Part shown: piece by piece, positions 53,401 through 62,400 of the stretch
Numbering within the stretch: the first letter of the stretch is position 1
Layout of the letters: every line of letters starts with the position of its first letter
Origin: Phoronis australis
Taxonomy: Eukaryota; Animalia; Phoronida
NCBI GenBank assembly: GCA_002633005.1
Contig: NMRA01000452.1
Span: forward strand, 1-64,000
DNA length: 64,000 nt
Direction of reading: 5' to 3'
Notes under the pieces: generated by a model
Seen by the model: only the letters and a program-made list of their open reading frames with translations
Databases searched by the model: none
Told to the model about the DNA's origin: nothing
Program-made: the position numbers and the translations under genes

Positions 53401-56400
53401 ATCCCTAAGCACATACAGTAGAGCAGTCATGTTAACTTTAAGTTACAAAAACCTTAGTTTGTAAATTTTTGAAAATAGACTATAGGCAAACATTCATATA
53501 CGGACCTTTCAAAAACATCCAGTGAAAAAGAATAAATGCCCAGACATATTTTTGGAAATGGGGGGTTATTTTCGGGAACCGTGTTGAACATTTTTGATGC
53601 AGTTTTAAAGCAAATAATTATCATATTTCACTCAAAACTGTTTTCAAAGTACATGAGAGTGAGCAATTGATCGTGGAGTTCTGAAATCACATCAGATCTG
53701 TTTTGACTGATAAATGTTGTAAGGTCAGCCACACTGAGATGAGACTGCCACCAAGTAGCACGTTTCTACTAAAGGCAAATGGAATGCTGTTCAACGAAAC
53801 TTGCCTATTTTGACTTATGGAACACTTTGAGAACAATTTCAGTTCATTGAACCTACGTGTAGCCATAAATTGTTCTCACCATCACTTAGTTGTGATTGTA
53901 TTACTGCCAAATTGCTAGTAATTGTAGACAATTTGACAGTGTTGCTTCTAGCTAAATTGCATTTCTTTTTGAATGGCCAGACTTTGTTGCTAAGGTTACA
54001 TGTCGAACATATATTATGTTCTTGTTTATTGTGCAATAAAGGTTTTCACCGAATGTTTCGGGCATTTGTGTTGGCCGCTGAGGTCCTCCATAAGTTTCAT
54101 GTTTCGGGAACACCGGTGACAAACTAAACAATTGCTTTCAGAATTGTTATTTTGTAACTCATGTTTGTGTTTGGTTTGGTAATTTTATTTCCGAGTCCAT
54201 TCTGTATCAAAAATGAAGCTGCGCTGCTGACAATGTCTGCGGTTTGCTATAAACATTTTGATATTAATTGGTTCGCTATGAGCAGTAGAGGCACAAATTG
54301 GCCACGATTAGACCCAAGGTATGTGACATTAACCCTGGGTATGTGACTCTAAGGGGGTTATACCCAGGGTAAGCGACATTAACCCAGGGTTTGTGACATT
54401 AACCCAGGGTATGCGACATTAACCCAGGGTATGTGGCACTAAGGTGACTGAGGCTACTACAATAAAACAGGCTGCTTATTGTGTTGTTCTGTAATACATA
54501 AGGTTAGTTATGGCGAGATTAAAGGCTGGGCCACCCTGAAAGTATTAAGCTGAAAAGAATGTCCCCTTAATTTGGACTGTTGTTTGCACAAGGATTGTTT
54601 TCACATTAAACTTAGCTGTGAGGCTTCAGTGGAACTACGTCAAGCTCTGGAAAATTTATAGCACTGAATTTGTATTTGGCAGTGAGATGAAAAATAAGTT
54701 GGGGTAATAAAATATTGTTGTTAAACTGTGGTGCACAATTTGATGTTATTTATAAATATTTATTTAAAAGTGGCTAACCTATTAGTGATACCAGTGTTCT
54801 TCCCCAGGGGGCGCTGTTATCTCTCCTCGCCGTTAAGTGACTTACATTAAGAGTAAGTGGATACTGTTAAGGAAAATTTCTGTAAATAGCCTGACATAAA
54901 ACCGTTAAAATGTTGGAGTAATTAATTTAGTCAGATTTAAACAATTTCTTGTACATTAACTTGTCAAAGCTCTGAGTGTTGTCCAGTTTGTACTCAGTGG
55001 AATTCACTTAGTAACCATTCATCAGGTAACCGGTGCTTTGTGGTGAAAAGCAGTGCTAACGACAAGCTCAACTGGACCGAGGCCATGGCTGCCTGCCGAG
55101 CAGCTGGCGACAAGCCTGGCTTTGACATGGCATCCATCACCAGTCTGGAAGAACAAGGTAGGCTTGATGATTGGCACATTATACATGTCTTGCTTGCACC
55201 GTCATTGCTTAAAGGTATAGACCCACACTTCCCCATGTTCACCTTTGCAGGTGTTCATAGGGTTGCACACCCTGAACTCGTCTATAAGCAAATATGGGGG
55301 AATGCTTGGCTGCTAACATCATTCTTTGACGAAAGATCTCGTCGATCCCATAATTTGTTTCGCAAAACTTGTGGTGGACGGACACACTTTTTGAGATGTT
55401 CACTAATTACAGAGGCAAATGGATCCCCTCCCCCACTGCCTGATGGTCACAGAATGTGCCAAAAAATAATCCCCAGATATTTGTAATCGTGTGGGTGCTT
55501 TGCTTCTAAGAAACCGTGATTTTTCACAGAAGTCGTTGCAATTTCCTCAAATATGAATTTTTTTTACGAAATTTTGCACATTCCGTTTCTTCATTGTAAT
55601 ACCTGGAAGAGCATGTCTATCCTTTTAGCATGAGAACTCCACTGGTAAGGACAAAGATTTCCATTATTCCTAACAAACAGAAGCCTTGATTTTTGACTGG
55701 TGAGTCTTCACACTAAAGGCCCTTTTAAGAAAATCCCAGACACACTTTTCTAGCAAATAGAATACCTAAAGGAAAAAATTTAAAGGTGTCGTGCAAAAAA
55801 TTCATCTTTTTGGAAATGATGACGATTTGGTGAAAAACCTAATTTATTTAAGAACACATGGTCACATGAGCCAATCAAGGAAAGATTTATACATTAAGCC
55901 CAATTCTCACTTTCTACTCGTAGAAAAAAGGTAACTGTCACAATCTAAATTTGAAATATTTGGTTAGTTGCACAAACTCACATTAACCTTTATGCCCAAA
56001 CTGTGGAGTGTTCCAGAAGCTTGTTTACACTGAAACAACATTATTAACTTGGATATTGATACAAAGTTCAACATAACCGCAGTAAATAAGCGAACACTTT
56101 CTGCATATTCATTACGCAAGTCTTAACTCTAGCCAGAGGGCTATACAGTCTTCACTTTAGCCAGAGAGCTGAACACCACAGACTAGAAGCAGAAAAAAGC
56201 AAACAAAACTGGCTTCATTCAATCTTATCTTATGTGCAAGACAGTGCCGTTTCACATTAAGTGCCATAATGCAATCTATATTTACGCACGTATGCCAAAT
56301 CAATTCAAATTCCAAACAGATATGAGATCCAAGGTTGTATATTATGACAAAGGACAATTCTACAGATAACGTGAAACTGTTATTGAGAAGGTGAGTGACA

Positions 56401-59400
56401 TTGGTAAAGACAAAGCTCTTCTAATAACTTAAAAGTTAAATGAATTTGTGACGTCTTTGTATTGTTCTTAGTGTGCGGCTTCCAGGTCGTTAACACTGGT
56501 TCATTAACTGTTGCTTTACTTAATGACTTGTAGTTTCTCATCAAAGCATCTATTGTCTTTTGGATATTAACTAAGAATCAGTCTATGGATGGCTTTGCCT
56601 GTTTCTCGGAATGAGGCTGATGACGAAAAGTCAGAAAACCTGTCTTCAACTCGAAGCTAAAAGACAGAAACCCATCGCCTGCTTGGGAGCAGACTAAATC
56701 TTAAATCAAAAGACAAAAAATCAACTTTTGGCTACAGTCTCTTTGATAAGCAGTCCTCTGAGCTGATGTGATGTACTGTCATAATTTGAACTAGAGAGGG
56801 TGTTGATTTCTATTTTTCTGCAAAAGGTGATCTTTTTTTAAACAAATACATGCTGCACATTAGTACTGTTGTTTATTGTGCAGAGTTGATTGCTGTGAAA
56901 GGTAGTGACATGAGACCAGTTTGACAGCTATAAGTGTGCGGCCTCATTCCAATATTGATAGTTGTGTTAGTATGGGAATGAAAAATGACAGCGTACATCT
57001 TTAACGAAATGATGCTAAACTGACCTGTCATTTCAATTCAGGGAATTTTTTCACCATTTTCTGCCTAGGCACTTTTATTTTTTCACTGTTTTCTCTTAAT
57101 TGGCATACTACACTTCTGCCTACTTAAAAAATATTCGACAAATTGCTCCTAAATCATCTCCATCTGCGCAGTCTGGCTAACTATGGAACTTAAATTTGAG
57201 TTTGATATACCGGTACTGCTACATTTTAGACAGACAGTCAGTGTAAATTGCTTCGTATCTTATTGTTTTCTGGCTTCAGTCGTCATTGTCAGTGTAGAAA
57301 GATAATAATTTGAACGGACTGTGAATCTCTGTTAGTCCCAAACTGGTATGAGTTGCTGCACAATGGATAATTATGTTCTATCTTTCAAAGGTTAGAACCA
57401 AACTTCTTTGAACAGATTTTACAACAATGGTGCAGCTTTACACATAGTAGTGAGGTGCATACTTAACACCCACCAGTAACAATAATTTTTCTCTGTTGCT
57501 TTGTTCCTCAGCCCAGGTGACCCTATTGATGCATGGCATCACCGACGATGTCTGGATTGGGCTCAGCGACCTCGACTTCCATCATAAGTTCCTATGGGTG
57601 GACAACCAGCCAGTAGATGTCACCTATTGGAGTAAGGGTCAGCCGGACGGCAAGAGTTTTGGTGCTAGCGCCTCTAAGCAGGTAACACAGGTTCTTCATG
57701 TTTTAATTAATGAACAAGTTTCCTTGGCAGGCATTTATTTAAATCTGCTTACTACTAGTTATACAAAATATCCTGTGTAACCCTCCTGTTGATTGGCTGT
57801 GCCATGAATTTTACTCTCAAAACAAATCCTTCAGGACATCAGCATGGAGGCAGATGTGGAGTCAAATATATAAAAAATAAACTAAGCTTGCCATTAGGGG
57901 GTGCACCAGTTGTCTGGTCCATCCAAAAATCACTAACATCGGCAGCCAGCTTCATAGGAACACACTTCATAGGAACACATTTCATAGGAACACACTTCCA
58001 AGTTTCGTGATGCTGCAAGCAGTTTAGGAGATACACCTGGGGACTCCAGATGCCCATACTGAGACTACAGGAATATGCATGCACCCACATGATGCAAGAC
58101 TGCTAACTGTTATTCCTATTCTACGTACTTTCAGAACCTAACAAATCGCTACGTACTCATTTTTTTTTCAAATGTTATGGATTTTGAGCATTTATTTTTC
58201 TTCAAAATAAAAACAGATGAAAGTTGAAAATATCTTCTTTAAAACTACCAATGTTGTGACGTGCCACATCAGAGAAGATCGAGACAGGAAGTAGTGGAAA
58301 GCGAGGGAAATTGTCGAGAACACAGGATCCAACCAGTAAGACCTATCATGAGTACCAGACAGTGTAGAATGCAGTTTGCATACAAAATTTCCCTTTTGTG
58401 ATTGGTCAGTTGCATTTTTTTGTAAAGGACTGGCCAATGAAAAATGCGCTTACTTGGTTTTGCATTGTGGGATGTCGTATACTTTGAATATGTGTTAGGA
58501 TGTCGAGAGCAAAATATCAGAAACAAGTACACCAATGAGTTTAAAAAACAGGAATTAAAAATAAATGGGTTTAATCACACTGTCTGCAACATTGAGAACC
58601 CTGACTCCTGCAACACCATTATGAATCGGGAATTATGAGATATCGGGATTTGTGGCACCGTGATGGTGTGGGAAGAAATCAACCATGCCAACAGCAAAAG
58701 CTGAAAAGCATCAACGGGATGAGCTGAATTATTATGTAATGTTCCTCTTTTAGTAAAAAAACGATATGAAATTGAAAATTGTTGTTTTGATGTGTATCGA
58801 TCCGTCTTGCGATTGGAACTTGAACTTTTGGAAATCGGACAAGCTTTCGCTGGCAAAATACGGATTTTTAACATGAAGAATACAGAATATGTCCTGAAGG
58901 TATTGGCAGCCCTGACAATATGTAATGTCGGTGCATAAAACTAGTTGTTTTGGTTCGTGTTTCGGGTGAAGTCTTTGAGTTTGTGTTGATAACTACACTT
59001 CATGATACCAAGGACAGAGTGAAGTTTATTGATTGGTTCAAGGAAGATCAGTCATGGCTTCTAACTGTATTTGCTCCTGTTTGAAGTTGGCAATTTCAGT
59101 ATGATCTCAATAGTGTTGCATAGATCTATAAAACTGGGTCAAAGGTCAGAGTTTCTAATGTCGTATGCTCCATGCTGTAGTTGTCAAGATAACATGATTG
59201 TCCTTGATTGTTCAAGCTATGTCGGTTACAATGAAGCTGGATGTTTGGAAATGATTTTCATTGAATGTTCAATCACTAGATCAAGTGCCATACGTGCATT
59301 CTTTGTAGGACTGTGCTGTGTTGCTTGTCAAAGACCAAAAGGCGGGTGAATGGGCAGACACTGACTGTTCCTCCAGGCGGGGCTACGTCTGTGAGGCTGT

Positions 59401-62400
59401 AAGAGGTAATGTCTCAGCTACCATGTTGCTTACAGTGCTCAGTTTAGCGCCATCTTGTCATCACTGATGTTTCACAGTTCAACCACATTCTTGTGAATAT
59501 CTGTCAAACGCTGCACATTCGGCATTGTGATATTTTCGCCATTCCTTGAACAGTGCACACCAAAAATGTCCCAGAATTTCACTGTTGTGGAGACTGAGAG
59601 CAGGCAGAATTCATTATCATAGTAGTATTTGCTAACGATAATTTTCAAAGTTAATTCATCAATGCACTAAATTTGATGATCATCCAATGCAAAAAACACA
59701 ACTATCTCTTTTCTATTCGAACTTGTTTCAATTCATGTTAAAACTCAACAAGATCTTGACCCATGTTTCTCACACTTTTCATTAAAATTGTGGCAACTTG
59801 CAACTTAATTGTCATAATAAAAATGCACTTTGTCAAACAAAAGGAAGAATTTAAAGTGATGTCAATTACACTAAGTGTTTATTTGAGAATGGGATAGCAA
59901 ATTAATTTGTGGCTATTTCCACAAAGTGCGTGGAGCAACACCTTTTGCTGGAACTGAAATGGGCTCCAGTTGAAAAAAATAGATAAATATAGTCACGGTT
60001 TTGTGCATTAATACCTTGTTGAATATCAATGTTGTCTAGTTCATTTTGAAAACGTCTGTATAAAATATTGCAAAAGACATAGAACGGATTTTTGGTGTTG
60101 TATGGTTTGCAGACGTTACTAATGTTCACCCATCTATGGAGCCAACCCCTGTCTGCCCAGAGGGTTACCGAGCCCTGGCTGAAGGCTGTTATCGTTTGGA
60201 CACAACACCACAGACGTGGACAGCTGCCCGCAAGTCATGTCAAGACCATGGTGGAGAACTTATGTCAATCAGCAATGGCTATGAAGAGGCATTGGCTGTG
60301 CTGATGACATTACAAGCTGACGTCATGAACCCTGTATGGATTGGACTGTCCAAGATGAAGGTGTGTTATGTTATGGTGTAGGCATTGGATCTACTTTTTA
60401 CTGGGAAACATTCATTCTTGTAATTTGCTTTTTGTCAACACAGTGCTTTAACAACGCCTAGGCATTCGTATTTTTGGCTTTCAAAAAGAATGATCAGATC
60501 TTGTGTTTGTGAGAACTGGCAAATCTTTGTTTAAGGTATTTGCTCACAAAATTCTGTTGGTCTATTGAAACCAACTTCTGGCCCATTTACGTTGGCACAA
60601 CATCTCCGTCGGGCATTTCACCAGTTATCTTCAGGTGTTACAATGTTCTTAGAAGAACAATGACTGTGTGTGTTTTGGTTAGAAACTGTGAACAACTGAC
60701 TGTTATTGACTTCTGGTGGTCTGAGATATATTGTATTTCGAGGCCTGGAGTATTGAGTAACTGAAGTGCACAACCTTTCCACTACTTTAACAGAACAATA
60801 AAGACTTCAGATGGTCTGATGGGTGGCCTATGATCTTCAACAAATGGGGTCGTCATAGTTCTTCATCGTCTACGTCAAACCAAGACTGCGCCGCACTCAC
60901 CATCAGTAGAGATCGAGACGAGTGGATAAAGACAAGCTGTACTAACAAATATGCCAGTGTCTGCGAGATCAATCATGGTAAACTAAAACAGTTTATGCTA
61001 CGTTCAGGGCTTGGAATTTTCCTCTTTTACGAAGATTTTCTCTTTTTTATTTTGATTTCCTCTTATTTAATTTCTGATTTCCTCTTATTTAATTTCTAAT
61101 TTCCTCTTTTTTCGTCTATTGTCATTGTTTAGACTTTATTCATGCAAAAACATTAATCTCACTTATATTTTACAACGCAAACAACATTTCTGTCGCACAA
61201 ACCTTTTTATTTGTGGAACGATCCATCACCTGGGAAATTTTCCTCTATTATGTCAGCAACGCCGCCGCCTTACCCAACCGAGGGTCCAGGGCAGTGCCCC
61301 AGCGACCAGTGGCACTCATTTGCCGGTCACTGTTACTACCTGGACATGAACAGGTACAGCTCGTGGGCAGAGGCAAGCTTCACCTGTACTTACCTGGCCT
61401 ACGGAGCTACATTGGCCAGTATCACTAGTGTGCAGGAGCAGGATTACATCCTGGGCCTCATAAACAGCCTGTCAACATACCGCACAAGTCTTTGGATCGG
61501 GATGCACCGTCGGGCCGATCTACTAAGTAAGCACCAAAAACCTGACCTCAGTGTCATTGCGAGCAATCAAGCTGATTGTTACCTCTGAGCTAGATAGAAG
61601 TTTGTTATCTATACTGCTGCCATCTATTGTTATTGCCATCTGACACCGTTGCACTCAAAATGTTTCACAGTTCTTCTAGGGACCAAATGGAGTTGATCAA
61701 TTGTTGATGTAGTCAGATACTCCACTATAAAGTCATTCTACTTCATTTTGAATGTGCCCCCCAAAATGGCTCTGTATTGGGCTTCAAAGAAATTTGTTCA
61801 CGTGTATGATAATTTACTGGTAATTCGAAAATAAATTGCAGCTAAGCAGTAATAGTGTTTCCTCACTGCATAGATAACTATTAATGCTGTCTCTACTCCT
61901 GCACAGACACGTTTGTTTGGGACGACCAGAGTCCTGTGACTTTCACCAACTGGCGGGCTGCCAACCCAGTCACCGTCCGTTACCGTAGCGATAGTGGTGA
62001 GAACTGTGTCCAGATGAGGCTCTCTGGTGAATGGGAGGACGTTCGTTGCAGCTCATCTCAGGGATATGTGTGCAAAGTGCCAAAGAGTAAGTCCATAGGA
62101 AACTCCCTTCAGATCCCTTTTATTTGTTTCTGGTTTATTCGTGGTATTAAAAGTGTTCTCCCACTTGGGTGTGTCTTGAACTATTTTGAACCTATATGAA
62201 ATGCCTCTATTGTCGTTAGACTTGGTGTAAGGGGAACAATCTTTGTTTCCATCAGTGTTCAGAATAACTCTGCAATAGTGTAACCACTAGCTGTTCTCTA
62301 TTAGATTTCCCCTGAAAGCTGTGTTTTCCCATTGTTCAAACTAGTTTGACTGAAAATCGCATGTTTTATACCTTTCAGTCAACTTGGGTAATCTGGTTTA

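Noticed and set aside
49151-56641. Other CTGATGA motifs (near 49152 and 56617) as hammerhead ribozymes
   Set aside because: No properly paired stem II followed by GAAA.
52459-58914. One 6.4-kb transposon defined by CAGGGCTGCCAA...TTGGCAGCCCTG capturing exons 46-47
   Set aside because: The two ends belong to two separate same-orientation copies of a ~750-bp element, and there is no shared TSD.
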